Source: an uncultured virus (IMG/VR IMGVR_UViG_3300025871_000007) (taxonomy: Duplodnaviria > Heunggongvirae > Uroviricota > Caudoviricetes). From it: a DNA stretch of 64,000 nucleotides. The notes beneath the pieces were generated by a model. It was not told the origin of the DNA. It saw nothing but the letters and a program-made list of their open reading frames with translations, and did not search any database. Positions 10,395-20,761 of this stretch are shown piece after piece. The DNA is taken from IMG/VR virus record IMGVR_UViG_3300025871_000007; one strand, written 5' to 3'. The position numbers and the translations under genes were made by a program. Within the stretch, counting starts at the first letter, position 1; each line of letters starts with the position of its first letter.

Positions 10395-10808
10395 CTACTT
10401 ATGGGTATGCATATCCCTTAAATGTTTTTTAGCTTCTTCTTCTGTTTTATGAGAAGATATAATATGTCCATCATTGTGATCTTTGATGCACCACTCAGCT
10501 TTTTCTCCTTGACTATTCTTATGTCCAGGGCAATGAGATACAAAACTATATTTATAAATTTGAGATGTAAGATAAGCTATCTTTCTTTTTAGAAGATTTT
10601 CGTATACAGAAGCGTAATTATATTGAGTATCTTCTTTTTCCTTTATGAATTGATCTGTATTTTTTTGCATTTCTAAACCTTCCTCTAAATTAGTAAGAGA
10701 GATAGGCGATTGGTTAGAAGAAATAGGATTATTTTGCGGTTCTTCTGTTTGACTTATTTCTGCTAATTTCTTGTATATCTTATTTACTAGATTAATATGA
10801 TTATACAT
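10395..10808 (-). CDS. Hypothetical protein with His/Cys-rich C-terminal domain
   Basis: C-terminus HCPGHKNSQGEKAEWCIK...SSHKTEEEAKKHL. Confidence 0.6.
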   Translation of the reverse strand: MYNHINLVNKIYKKLAEISQTEEPQNNPISSNQSPISLTNLEEGLEMQKNTDQFIKEKEDTQYNYASVYENLLKRKIAYLTSQIYKYSFVSHCPGHKNSQGEKAEWCIKDHNDGHIISSHKTEEEAKKHLRDMHTHK

Positions 10809-11169
10809 AATTTAAACAATATATGCTTATACTACCACTAGCGCTGCCGCTTACACCTTTTATAAGTAAATAAGAAGGTTGTGGTTCTAGAAATTCTTTT
10901 CCAATAAGATCTCTTTGTATAAAAAAATCATCATTTAAGATTCTAACACCTGCAAAATTAGTTTGGCTTGTTTGAAATTCTTTTAATTCTTGTCTAGTTA
11001 TAAAATTGAATTCTACTGTTATACCAGAAGTATTTTTAAAATAAATAACAGTTGGTTTTGTACCTTGACTCCAACGACCAGTAGACGTTATTTCCATTTC
11101 GCAGTTGTATACCTGATAAGTATGAGTACTTAATCCTGTACTAGTAACAGTTATAATTTTATTCTTCAC
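10801..11169 (-). CDS. Hypothetical (possibly virion) protein
   Basis: 122 aa beta-rich-looking ORF coupled to the portal gene. Confidence 0.55.
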   Translation of the reverse strand: MKNKIITVTSTGLSTHTYQVYNCEMEITSTGRWSQGTKPTVIYFKNTSGITVEFNFITRQELKEFQTSQTNFAGVRILNDDFFIQRDLIGKEFLEPQPSYLLIKGVSGSASGSISIYCLNYV

Positions 11170-11171
11170 AA

Positions 11172-14100
11172 TTAATCTCCTAATCTATCGAATGATTCTT
11201 GAAGTTCTTTATCTAAAAGATGTGGGTAATCTATCCACTTGGTAAAATTTTCTCTAAATCTTTGTAATTGATCAGATCCTTCTTTATTTAAACATTTACC
11301 TTGATTATCCCAAACTTTCCCTTTAATAAGTTTGTCGTCTATACTTCCTTGTTTAATTCTTTGTTCATTTAATTCATATCCTACTATCTCTTGATTTGAA
11401 TAAATAGGATATAATATTTGGTATAATTTATATGTATCTAATTCTTCAGAAGAAAGATTATAATCAGGTTCTTTAAAAGCTTTTCTGATCTTCTTCTCCA
11501 GATCTTCGTTTATAAACTCAAAATTCCTTAAAAAGATATTACTTATAGAATCGTTTTCTTGCGCAATCCATTTAGATGCATATAATATATTATTATGTAA
11601 AAAGAAAGGAACATATCCTCTATATTTTATTTTTTCTTGCTGCATTCTAGCAGTTATTAGCATTTCTTGCAATTGAGCAGATTTAGATTCTTTGTCTTCT
11701 TCAGTAGAAGAAAACTGCTTTGCAAGTTTTTCTCTTTCTATTTTTTCCCATTCAGGAATATCAATAATATCTGCAACAAATTCTACTTTATCAAATCTAG
11801 CTTTTTTATGTAACTTGGATATTTTAGATATTAATCGTCTAGTAGGATCTATTAAATCTACTGGACAAGAACCAACTCTAATATCTCCAACATAAAAATC
11901 TTTATAACGTCTTATTTGAGAATCTAATTTATTGCCGAATTCTTCATCACATCCTTCAGTAGCTGGTGATAATAAACATACTTCTAAAGTAGGTGATAAT
12001 AAAAATGCAAGATTTCTTCCTTTGCTTAATAATTCATCAGTTGGAAAGATTTGTCCTTCTTTTGTTAATATATTTTCTACTTTTACATTATAAATACCTT
12101 GTTCATTAAATCCTTTTAATTGCCCAAAACAAAAAGCAGTTACACCTAATCCTTTTATCTTAGAACAAAAATTAGATTGTTTAATATCAGCTTGTTTACT
12201 AAAAAAGAATTCTTTTGCCCAACCTTCTAGTTCATTAGAGATTAATAAATCTGTAAATCCTTGATATTCTTTATTTTGTGTATACGGAACAAAACCTGTT
12301 TTTCCATATGCAAATAGTTTTCCTTGTATATATAGCTTTTTAAAATTATCAATAAGATCTTCAACAGGTTTATTTTTAGATAGATTTTCTCCTATCTTAT
12401 AAAAAAGTAAGGAAACAGGACCAGGAATTTCTTGTGCTTTTAAATTTTTATTCCAAGTTTCTTCTTCTACTGCATCCATATACTTAGAAGTAGATAACTC
12501 TATATTTGCTTCTTTCTGTCTAACTTGATCTGGATGTAATAATACTTCTTCTTGTATTACTTCTGCAGTTTTAGATTCGCTTATAAATTCATTATCTTGT
12601 GCAATATGCTCGATATCTAAATTAACTTGTTCTCTAGGTTTAGAGAGACCAAATTTATTTCTTAATCCTTTAAAAGCTGAACCTAATGCTGACATCGGAG
12701 CACTTATACTACCAGCTGCAGGAGGTTGTGCATATATACCAATTCTTTCTTCTAATTCTTTTTGTTGTTTCTTCTTAATTAATTCTTCTTCTAGATCGAA
12801 ACCCATTGATTGTAGTAGTGTTAATGCAGAAAGAGGACCTTTACCCTGTGCATAAACATTATTCATAAAAGTTAAAAATGCTTGATCATCTCTAAGCATT
12901 AGTTTTTTATGCCAAGCTAATTTTGGTATAATTAAGCGCTCTTCTAATTCTTTTCCTTTTCTAGCTATTCTATATTGTCCGACAATTTCTCTTTTATCTC
13001 TTCTATACCAACCATTTCTTTTTGCCATTCCGCGTAGAAACTTATTCTGAATCCAACGAACTTCAAATAAATCTCTTTTAGCTTTATATCTAGCTAATTG
13101 TGTTTGTAATCCAACATTGGCAGAAGCATATGTAGCTTCTCCTGTCATAAATTGTTGACTTACACCTAATGCTATCATTTTCTTTTTAGCAATTTCATCC
13201 CACTCTCTGTCTAATTTCATTACTTTATCTGCTACTGTAAGAAATTCTACATTTAGGGCATAATGATAGATTAGAGCAAAGTTAGGATCAAAGGTAGCTT
13301 GTTGTAACATTTGAGCTAATGCTATCTGATGATCTGCACTTGGTATCCAACCTTTTTGTGGATCTCCTAATTTAAATAGCTTTAAAGGATAAATAAAATT
13401 ATCAGCAATAGTAATCTGAGATTCTCGTAACTTATCCTCATACATGAGAAGCCTGAAAATGCGATCTAAGATTGAAGTTCCACGTAAATCATACGGATTA
13501 CTTCTTCTTGCTATATGCGTTATTTCGTCTGGATCTAATATTAAATTTTTACCAGATAATACTCGTTTAATGATTTCATGAGGTAATCTTTTCTTGAGTT
13601 CTTGGTCTTGGGGTTTAGTAGAATTTACTAGATGTTTTAATTCATCGTCAGGGATTAATTCTACTGAATATTCTTGATCTGCGAATGGGCTAGCAGATAA
13701 TTCAACGAAATCAGGATTATGAATAATGATGTGTTTCCACATTCCTTTTTCATCATCCCAAGGTGTGTTAATAAATACTTCGCCTATCTTGAGATATTCA
13801 AGATCAATAGCAGGAAGCATAGAAAAGAATTGTGTTTGATCGAAGCAATCTTGTACATGTTGCTTAATAATTTTATCATCACAAACTACTTCTGCTTTAG
13901 AATACGGAAGCTCTGCATGCATGTCGAGAACAGCACCAACAACCTCATCATGATCATAAAACCATCTACGCCATCTATTTTTTTGTTTAATAGATCTAGG
14001 TAGATAAATAGCAGTAGTAGTAATTTCTGGATCATAGAAACGTCTTGAGGAGTTTCTAAGAATATTTAATCCGCCATTTGCTAATCCAGAGGATAGGCCT

Positions 14101-14249
14101 AATGTTGCTAAACTACCAAAATTAGTAGAATTATACGTAGCGGCAGTTTTCTCTCTAGCACCGGATTCAGAAGAATCGCCTAACCAAGCTCTAGAGTTAA
14201 TAGAGCTAGGATACATGCTTTCAAAATTCTTTTCGTAAGTTGAACTCAT
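11172..14249 (-). CDS. Portal protein with long C-terminal extension
   Basis: N-terminal ~500 aa has portal-like motifs (DEVVGAVLDMHAELP, EITHIARRSNPYDLRGTSIL, ALGVSQQFMTGEATYASA); lies upstream of protease/scaffold/capsid. Confidence 0.75.
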   Translation of the reverse strand: MSSTYEKNFESMYPSSINSRAWLGDSSESGAREKTAATYNSTNFGSLATLGLSSGLANGGLNILRNSSRRFYDPEITTTAIYLPRSIKQKNRWRRWFYDHDEVVGAVLDMHAELPYSKAEVVCDDKIIKQHVQDCFDQTQFFSMLPAIDLEYLKIGEVFINTPWDDEKGMWKHIIIHNPDFVELSASPFADQEYSVELIPDDELKHLVNSTKPQDQELKKRLPHEIIKRVLSGKNLILDPDEITHIARRSNPYDLRGTSILDRIFRLLMYEDKLRESQITIADNFIYPLKLFKLGDPQKGWIPSADHQIALAQMLQQATFDPNFALIYHYALNVEFLTVADKVMKLDREWDEIAKKKMIALGVSQQFMTGEATYASANVGLQTQLARYKAKRDLFEVRWIQNKFLRGMAKRNGWYRRDKREIVGQYRIARKGKELEERLIIPKLAWHKKLMLRDDQAFLTFMNNVYAQGKGPLSALTLLQSMGFDLEEELIKKKQQKELEERIGIYAQPPAAGSISAPMSALGSAFKGLRNKFGLSKPREQVNLDIEHIAQDNEFISESKTAEVIQEEVLLHPDQVRQKEANIELSTSKYMDAVEEETWNKNLKAQEIPGPVSLLFYKIGENLSKNKPVEDLIDNFKKLYIQGKLFAYGKTGFVPYTQNKEYQGFTDLLISNELEGWAKEFFFSKQADIKQSNFCSKIKGLGVTAFCFGQLKGFNEQGIYNVKVENILTKEGQIFPTDELLSKGRNLAFLLSPTLEVCLLSPATEGCDEEFGNKLDSQIRRYKDFYVGDIRVGSCPVDLIDPTRRLISKISKLHKKARFDKVEFVADIIDIPEWEKIEREKLAKQFSSTEEDKESKSAQLQEMLITARMQQEKIKYRGYVPFFLHNNILYASKWIAQENDSISNIFLRNFEFINEDLEKKIRKAFKEPDYNLSSEELDTYKLYQILYPIYSNQEIVGYELNEQRIKQGSIDDKLIKGKVWDNQGKCLNKEGSDQLQRFRENFTKWIDYPHLLDKELQESFDRLGD

Positions 14250-14303
14250 TATTTACCTTCAAAAAATATTCATTTCATTTAATTAAAACAATAATTAGAT
14301 AAC

Positions 14304-15011
14304 TTAGATAGTAGTACCATGTAGATTTATAATATCTTTTCCTTTTTCTACTATCTGACGTACTAATTCTAGTTCGTCACCTTCGGTATAATCCATTGAA
14401 TCATGCATATCTATTAAAGTTTTTGCATCATTATAAATAGCTTGTAGTTTACTAATTTCTTCTTCTTCGCTATATCCTTCTTCTTCTAATTCTTCATACA
14501 TTTCTGCTACTTTTTTAAGACCTTCTTTAACAGAACTCATTTTTCCAGAAGCAATTTGTTCAGGAGTTAAATTACCATAAGGATTTGTAGCTTTAGTTTC
14601 ACCAGTATAAGGATCTACATAAGTTCCTTCTTGTGCTTGAAATTCACCGGCTTGAAAAGGTGTTCCTGTTACCAAAGTCTCTTCTCCTTCTAATTGACTT
14701 TTAGCAGAAGAAAGTTCATTTTCTAGCATGGTTTTATAATCACCAGTTGTTCCTGGAATAGCTTCTTCTAGTTCTTGAATTCTAGCTTTTAATTGACCAG
14801 TTGGAAGACTACCTGTATCAATACCTTCAGAAGTTCCAATTCCTTCTGCTACTTTAAAAGATATAAATCCATTATCTTTTGTAACAGCTAATGAAGCTTG
14901 TTTAATATTACTAATATTATTTTCTTCAGCAATTTTAGTTATTACATTTTCTAGTTCTTTATAAAGATCTGATTCTTTTGCAAGAACTATTGTGTTTGAA
15001 TTGATTTTCAT
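14304..15011 (-). CDS. Hypothetical acidic protein (possible internal head protein)
   Basis: 235 aa, AAGGAG RBS, K-x-A sites. Confidence 0.55.
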   Translation of the reverse strand: MKINSNTIVLAKESDLYKELENVITKIAEENNISNIKQASLAVTKDNGFISFKVAEGIGTSEGIDTGSLPTGQLKARIQELEEAIPGTTGDYKTMLENELSSAKSQLEGEETLVTGTPFQAGEFQAQEGTYVDPYTGETKATNPYGNLTPEQIASGKMSSVKEGLKKVAEMYEELEEEGYSEEEEISKLQAIYNDAKTLIDMHDSMDYTEGDELELVRQIVEKGKDIINLHGTTI

Positions 15012-15047
15012 GATAAAATTTCTCCTTTTGATATTACATAATAATAT

Positions 15048-15239
15048 TTAAATTTTTTTAAGAAGTTTTCCTAAAATAAAACTTAATGTACATGCTGAAA
15101 AAGTTATTAAACCTGCTTGTAAATCATATTGAACTGTTATACCAATACAAGCACTTAAACAAATAAGAATAAGAATTATCTTCAATGAATTATAAAGAAA
15201 TTTAACAAATTTATGAAATTTACTTGCTGTTTCTTGCAT
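15048..15239 (-). CDS. Small membrane protein
   Basis: 63 aa with two hydrophobic stretches. Confidence 0.5.
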   Translation of the reverse strand: MQETASKFHKFVKFLYNSLKIILILICLSACIGITVQYDLQAGLITFSACTLSFILGKLLKKI

Positions 15240-16368
15240 ATTTTAATAACTCATCTATATTTTTAAACGTTGCTAAAGAAATATCTTTTTTCATTTTCTC
15301 TTCCATCGGAATAAGATAATCTTCATAATAATTAGGTTCTTCTGTATATTTCTCTGCTTCTGTTTCATGATCCAAAGCTATATCTTTTTGTGCGTCAAGA
15401 AGTTCAGTTTCTGAAGGATCTCGATTATCTAATTCATTAAAAATATCTGTTATAGTATTATCGTGCTCACTTTCTATTTCAATACCCTTAAGCAATTCAT
15501 CTTTAGGTACATCTTCTTCTTTTATTTGATCTTCAATAGAGGATTTTCTAAATGTTTGTTTCTTTTCTGGTATCTTAACTACTTCTTTGGGTAGGTTTTT
15601 TTGTTCTTCATACCATTTAAGTTTACCACCTTCTGTTCTAGGTTCCGGATCTTTAATAGGTGATATCTCTGTGATTCCTTCTGGTTTCCATTGCTCTCTA
15701 CCTTCCCATCCACCGGCAGGAGTATTACCTTTACCCCAACCCTTCCAATCTGTATATGCACCAGACCACTGTGGAGTTATTTTTTGCTTAGGTTTTTGTG
15801 GTAAACCTTTTTCTATGTTTTCTTGCTTGTAAAATTCTCTATATTGATCTAATTCATCATACCAGTTTTGTAATATTTCACGTTCTTCAGGTGAAACTAA
15901 AAGCATTCTTTTAGCAATTAAAGCTTGTTGTTTTGCTAATTCTTTAGTAGGATCCTCATAAAAACTGAATTCTTGTGGATCGATATAATCTACACCTGCT
16001 ACAGTTTCTGCGTATTTAGTTGTAAGATTAACTTCTGCTACAATATCTTTTTCATTTTCATCTATAAGTAAATCAAATAAAGATTCTTCTTCTTCAGGAT
16101 CAGCTTCTTCTGGATTATGCCCAATAATATCTAATATTCTTTCTACAACATTAAACATAGAATTAAGTTTTTTAGATACTCCGCCTTTACCAGAAAAATC
16201 TAGCATATCAAGATATAATTTACGAAATGATTCAGATTCTTTTTTAAATTCTTCTAAAGAAATATTACCGTTTTCTTCTATAGCTTGAGCAATTTCTTCC
16301 CAAGTTCTGGGGTAAGGCATTTTTTCAATAATATCTAACCAGGATTGTGCTTGAGCAAATTTTTCCAT
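15220..16368 (-). CDS. Hypothetical acidic protein (possible internal head protein)
   Basis: 382 aa; C-terminal FKNIDELLKYA motif shared with neighbour. Confidence 0.6.
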   Translation of the reverse strand: MEKFAQAQSWLDIIEKMPYPRTWEEIAQAIEENGNISLEEFKKESESFRKLYLDMLDFSGKGGVSKKLNSMFNVVERILDIIGHNPEEADPEEEESLFDLLIDENEKDIVAEVNLTTKYAETVAGVDYIDPQEFSFYEDPTKELAKQQALIAKRMLLVSPEEREILQNWYDELDQYREFYKQENIEKGLPQKPKQKITPQWSGAYTDWKGWGKGNTPAGGWEGREQWKPEGITEISPIKDPEPRTEGGKLKWYEEQKNLPKEVVKIPEKKQTFRKSSIEDQIKEEDVPKDELLKGIEIESEHDNTITDIFNELDNRDPSETELLDAQKDIALDHETEAEKYTEEPNYYEDYLIPMEEKMKKDISLATFKNIDELLKYARNSK

Positions 16369-16385
16369 TCTTAGTACTCCGAAAC

Positions 16386-18713
16386 TTATTCTTTTGTATC
16401 TAAACCAGGTTGTTGTGTTTCTTCATTAGAAGTTTCTGTTGGGCCTAAATCGTTTTTTTCAGCCAGATTCCCAAACTCACCTGCGTGTTTAAGAAGATCA
16501 TCTATACTTGTAAAAGAAGATATTCTAGTACCATCTATCATTGATACATCATTAGGATTCTGCTGTTCTTGAAGGGTAGATGTTACCGGTGGTTGATCTT
16601 GTTCGCTAACTTCATATGGTTGAAAAGGATGTGAAGTATTATCGTCCGCTTGCTTATTAACATTAGATCCTTTTTCTTCTTTAGAATGAAGTTTTCCTTC
16701 TTGATCATATACAGGATTAGATTTTGGTTTATTTTCTTCTTCACCATATTTTAAAAACTCATCTAGATTTTTAAATCTAGCATACATTCCTTTTGTTTGT
16801 ACTTCGCTTACAATATTTAAATTCATACCATAAGGAATAAAATATTGTTGCAATTCGTCTAAAGTAGTAAATCCTTGTTGCATGTTGATTAGACTATTTA
16901 AAAGAACTTGAACTTCGTCATTAGATTGTGAAGGAATGGAATTATATACTCTAAATCTACCAAGACCGACAGGTGCTGTTTTTAATAATCCCATCCAAAT
17001 AACTGAAGGTTGTCCATTTGCATCCGGTCTTGTTATTTCTGCATTTAAGGATTGATCTCTATTGGGGTCTATTTCGATAGCATATTTATTTTTTAAAGAA
17101 CTTTCACTTGTTCTTAAAAATTCTTTCGCTAGTTGAAATAATTCTTCTGTTAATTCAGAATATTCGCTTTCTTCAGGAATATCTTTAGAAGCATCTAATA
17201 CTTCTATTATTGCAAATTCTTCTGGTTCTTCGCCACACATATCACAACAAGCAGCTTTTTGAAGAGCTTTAAGAAATTTAGCTTCTTTATCGCATAACTC
17301 GATGTCTAAAGCTTCTTTGCTAGTTTCGGGTAAGGTTTTTTCTTCTAGATCTTTTTCTTTAATATATTCTTCTGGAAGTTCTAGTTGATTAAAACTTTGA
17401 TTATATAATCTATATTCTTCTTGGTTAATATTTGCAGATTTATCTAATTCTTTTGCTTGTCGTATATAAGCATTCATTATATTCACCTTTTGTCTTTTTA
17501 TCCAGGTATCTACAGATTTTGCATAAATATCTTCATTTTCTTGTACTTCACCTGGATATTCTACTTTTGCAACACTATAAGGTATAATTTCTTTAAATTT
17601 ACCAGTAGGTTTATTTTGTTCATCAAGTATTTCTACAATCATCCAAGGTACTTGAAATTTTTCTAATTCATTATTATACATTTCTTTGGAAAGAGCATAG
17701 AAATCAAATTTGTTGGGACCTAATGCTTTTTCTATTTGATAAATCATTTTACTATTAATTACTTTATTAGCTTCAACTTGAAAAGTATCAGGATCTAATT
17801 TCTTTTTAAGTTCTAATAATTGAGGTTTATTTTTTTCAATAATATCTTTTCGTAGTTGTTGCACATCTACTTTGTAAAAATCTTGAAGAAGTTCATTATC
17901 TATTTGTTTTTTTAGATCTTTCTTGTAAGCTTCAAAATCTTGTCTTTCTTTTTCTTCAAAAATTACTTCTGGATTAAAATCAGAAACAAAGTATCTTACT
18001 ATCGCTCTCTTAATAGCAGAAGATGGGGCATTTTGAATTAAAGCTGAACTTACTTCTTCGTATGCTTCTTGTGGAACTAAACCGTGCGATATTAAAAACT
18101 CTAGTACAGAAATTAGATTAGGTAACGATCCTGTATTAGTATTAATCATTTCTGCTTTAATATCTGTATCTTCAGTAATACCATAATTGATAGATAAATA
18201 ATCTGCTATATTTTTATTATATGTACCATTATGTTTAAGAACTTGTATTAAAGATTGTCCTGAAGTTACAAGATCAGATTTAACTTTATCATATGCTTCT
18301 GGTGCTATTAGATTTTCTGATACTAACTCTCCCACTATTAGCATAATATCGTCTAAAATAGATATTTTAGTATTTATATCACCTTCTGCTTCTGTTTGTC
18401 TAGTAATACCAAAATATTTTTCAACAAAAGCTTCTACTTCTGGTGTAAGATAGCCTTTACTTTTTAATATTTGAAGAAGAGGTCTTGAAAATCTTTGAGT
18501 ATAAGAAAAATCACCAATTAAATCTACAATATCACCTGCAACAATATCTTCTCCGTTTACATCTTGTACGGAAGTAATAGAATCATCTTCTTCAAAATAT
18601 TTGTATTTACTTTCATCTTCGGGTGCTTGATCGTCTTTAACATAACCAGTATCTTCACCTGTTGGAAAGTAATTAAATTCGTAATCTAATGTTAATGCTA
18701 TCTTAGTTTTCAT
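16386..18713 (-). CDS. Large hypothetical acidic protein (possible internal head protein)
   Basis: 775 aa; two copies of an FxxxDxxLKx(A/G) motif. Confidence 0.6.
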   Translation of the reverse strand: MKTKIALTLDYEFNYFPTGEDTGYVKDDQAPEDESKYKYFEEDDSITSVQDVNGEDIVAGDIVDLIGDFSYTQRFSRPLLQILKSKGYLTPEVEAFVEKYFGITRQTEAEGDINTKISILDDIMLIVGELVSENLIAPEAYDKVKSDLVTSGQSLIQVLKHNGTYNKNIADYLSINYGITEDTDIKAEMINTNTGSLPNLISVLEFLISHGLVPQEAYEEVSSALIQNAPSSAIKRAIVRYFVSDFNPEVIFEEKERQDFEAYKKDLKKQIDNELLQDFYKVDVQQLRKDIIEKNKPQLLELKKKLDPDTFQVEANKVINSKMIYQIEKALGPNKFDFYALSKEMYNNELEKFQVPWMIVEILDEQNKPTGKFKEIIPYSVAKVEYPGEVQENEDIYAKSVDTWIKRQKVNIMNAYIRQAKELDKSANINQEEYRLYNQSFNQLELPEEYIKEKDLEEKTLPETSKEALDIELCDKEAKFLKALQKAACCDMCGEEPEEFAIIEVLDASKDIPEESEYSELTEELFQLAKEFLRTSESSLKNKYAIEIDPNRDQSLNAEITRPDANGQPSVIWMGLLKTAPVGLGRFRVYNSIPSQSNDEVQVLLNSLINMQQGFTTLDELQQYFIPYGMNLNIVSEVQTKGMYARFKNLDEFLKYGEEENKPKSNPVYDQEGKLHSKEEKGSNVNKQADDNTSHPFQPYEVSEQDQPPVTSTLQEQQNPNDVSMIDGTRISSFTSIDDLLKHAGEFGNLAEKNDLGPTETSNEETQQPGLDTKE

Positions 18714-18716
18714 GCT

Positions 18717-19052
18717 TTAGCCTCTAGACTTTACTTGCTTTTTGATAACTATGGAATTTGAGTGTTGATTATACATTTCATCAGAAACTGCTTTACTGGT
18801 TTTTAATACCACATCAACAGTATGATCATGATTAAGCATGCATTTTTCCGCAATATGAATTTGCATTTGCGGATATTTATCTTGATAAACTTTTGCAGCA
18901 GCATCTTGAAAGGGTGTGTCTAAAAGAAGACCTTTTTTTCCAATACCTTTAAATGATGTTCGTATATATCTATCTAGATTTAGATCTATTAGATCTTGAA
19001 AAGAGAACTTTACTAAACCTCTTTTAGAATTTATTTGAATAATTTCTGGCAT
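18717..19052 (-). CDS. Hypothetical protein
   Basis: 111 aa, GAGGTG RBS; first gene of the structural block. Confidence 0.6.
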   Translation of the reverse strand: MPEIIQINSKRGLVKFSFQDLIDLNLDRYIRTSFKGIGKKGLLLDTPFQDAAAKVYQDKYPQMQIHIAEKCMLNHDHTVDVVLKTSKAVSDEMYNQHSNSIVIKKQVKSRG

Positions 19053-19099
19053 GATAATGCACCTCAGTTATAAGTATTTACTGAATATAATTTCTAAAG

Positions 19100-19131
19100 A
19101 AAAATTAAAAATATGAAGGTAGTTTTTAAGG
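19100..19131 (-). promoter_or_regulatory. Putative late promoter CCTTAAAA-N16-TAATTTTT
   Basis: Recurrent spaced motif at the head of the structural block. Confidence 0.5.
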
Positions 19132-19153
19132 TAATATCTAAAACAACAAAAAG

Positions 19154-20761
19154 TTATATAAAGTTGTAGAATATTACATTACTTTTTGAAGTTTGTAGTC
19201 TAAATTCTTTAAAATTATCTAAAGAATTCCTGTACTTACATTTGCAGGATTTGAAAAAATTAAATGCTTTTTGCCAAGTTAAATCTTCAATTGCTAAATT
19301 TAAAATGTTTTTTGAATTACTTCCAGTCATATCTTGAACATCTCTCATTTGATTTTTAATCAAATTACTCATAGTGTCAAGATCCTTGAAAGTTAATTCT
19401 GGAAAAAATTTACCTTTTTCAAACTTGTAAATTCCTCTTCTACAAATTTCCAAAGAGGCACTTACAGGATCGAAAAAAGTATGTTGAATATTACCAATAA
19501 AGCTTGAATATGCAGGCATTACTTCTATTTTGTGAATTCCTAGTGAATTACAATATTTATTTATTAAACTAGTTGTTAATGTTCTGTGCCAAATATTTTT
19601 TATCTTTCTATTAAATTCTCTATTTTCTTGATTTATAGTTTTTTCGTTAAATTGTAATTCTTCACAAACAAAATAAGCTACTTTATAGTGAATTGCTTTT
19701 TTAAATAAATCTTTCCAAACAATAGAAATTTCATATTTTCTTTTATTATTTTGATACTTTTGTTTTTCGTCTTCAGAAGATATTTTTAACTTTACAGAAA
19801 GTTTAGATAGATCATAACATCCCTTATTTATAATTTTAGTTGTATCTTTTAATTTATCACAGATACACCAACCAATATATTGTGGATTTAAATCAACTGC
19901 AAGATATCTATTTCTTTTTTTATTCTTTAATTTTCTTTCTTTCTGTTCTTGATAAAATTCTTTTGTTATTTGTTTTCTTACTTCTTTATTTTCTTTTGGA
20001 ATCTTGCTAAGTTCTCTTAACCAAGAATTTTTATTAAAAGCAAATCCATTTAACAACTCTTCATCAAAAGTTAACCAAATAAATTCAGTTGAAATTCTAA
20101 CAGATATAGGAATTTTATTTTGATTTATTAAATACTGAAGTTTTGTTAATTCAGTTTTTTGTTTCTTAGAACATTTAAATTCGATCCAACACTTTTCTGC
20201 TAGTGTTGGTTTAAAAAGAATTTTTTGATTTTCAAGATCAAAATCTACCTTTTCATTCCCTGAATGATATGCTGCTCCATGTAGATAAATTGATCGTATT
20301 CGATTTTTCTTATATTCTTCTTTAAGTAGATATATATCTTCTTTATTATTAGATTTTGTATCATTCGATAGAACTGATATTCTTTGAAGAAGAGTTTTTC
20401 CACCTAAAACTATATCTTTTGAAAGGGAGTTTTCTAATTCTTGAAGTTTTTTAGTTAGTTTAAATTTTCTAGTTTTATTTGTACAGTTGTTTAGTTCTTC
20501 TTTAATATTTTCTTGTTTTTCTATATTTTGATTTTTAAAAGTAATAACTTGTTTAACTTTAGTTTCTATTTCTTCATTTAAACTAGAATAAATATAATCA
20601 TTGATTTTAAACTTTTTCTTTATTTTATTTTTGAAATCTTTGTTAGTTAAAAGTTTATAATTTTTAAACATTTTTCTATAAGCATAGGAATATCTATTTT
20701 GATATTCTTTTATCAAATCTATATTATCTGTTTTATGTATTTTTAATTTATAAGTTATCAT
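19154..20761 (-). CDS. tnpB: IS200/IS605-family TnpB-related RuvC protein
   Basis: RuvC-I YLAVDLNP, RuvC-II FVCEEL, EVMPAYSSFIG and RuvC-III FDPVSASLEICRRG; very basic; no Zn ribbon. Confidence 0.8.
   Translation of the reverse strand: MITYKLKIHKTDNIDLIKEYQNRYSYAYRKMFKNYKLLTNKDFKNKIKKKFKINDYIYSSLNEEIETKVKQVITFKNQNIEKQENIKEELNNCTNKTRKFKLTKKLQELENSLSKDIVLGGKTLLQRISVLSNDTKSNNKEDIYLLKEEYKKNRIRSIYLHGAAYHSGNEKVDFDLENQKILFKPTLAEKCWIEFKCSKKQKTELTKLQYLINQNKIPISVRISTEFIWLTFDEELLNGFAFNKNSWLRELSKIPKENKEVRKQITKEFYQEQKERKLKNKKRNRYLAVDLNPQYIGWCICDKLKDTTKIINKGCYDLSKLSVKLKISSEDEKQKYQNNKRKYEISIVWKDLFKKAIHYKVAYFVCEELQFNEKTINQENREFNRKIKNIWHRTLTTSLINKYCNSLGIHKIEVMPAYSSFIGNIQHTFFDPVSASLEICRRGIYKFEKGKFFPELTFKDLDTMSNLIKNQMRDVQDMTGSNSKNILNLAIEDLTWQKAFNFFKSCKCKYRNSLDNFKEFRLQTSKSNVIFYNFI

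Noticed and set aside
15012..15065. Sixth late-promoter copy (TCTTAAAA...) upstream of 14304..15011
   Set aside because: Spacing and downstream box do not match the 16-nt consensus; too weak at this AT content.
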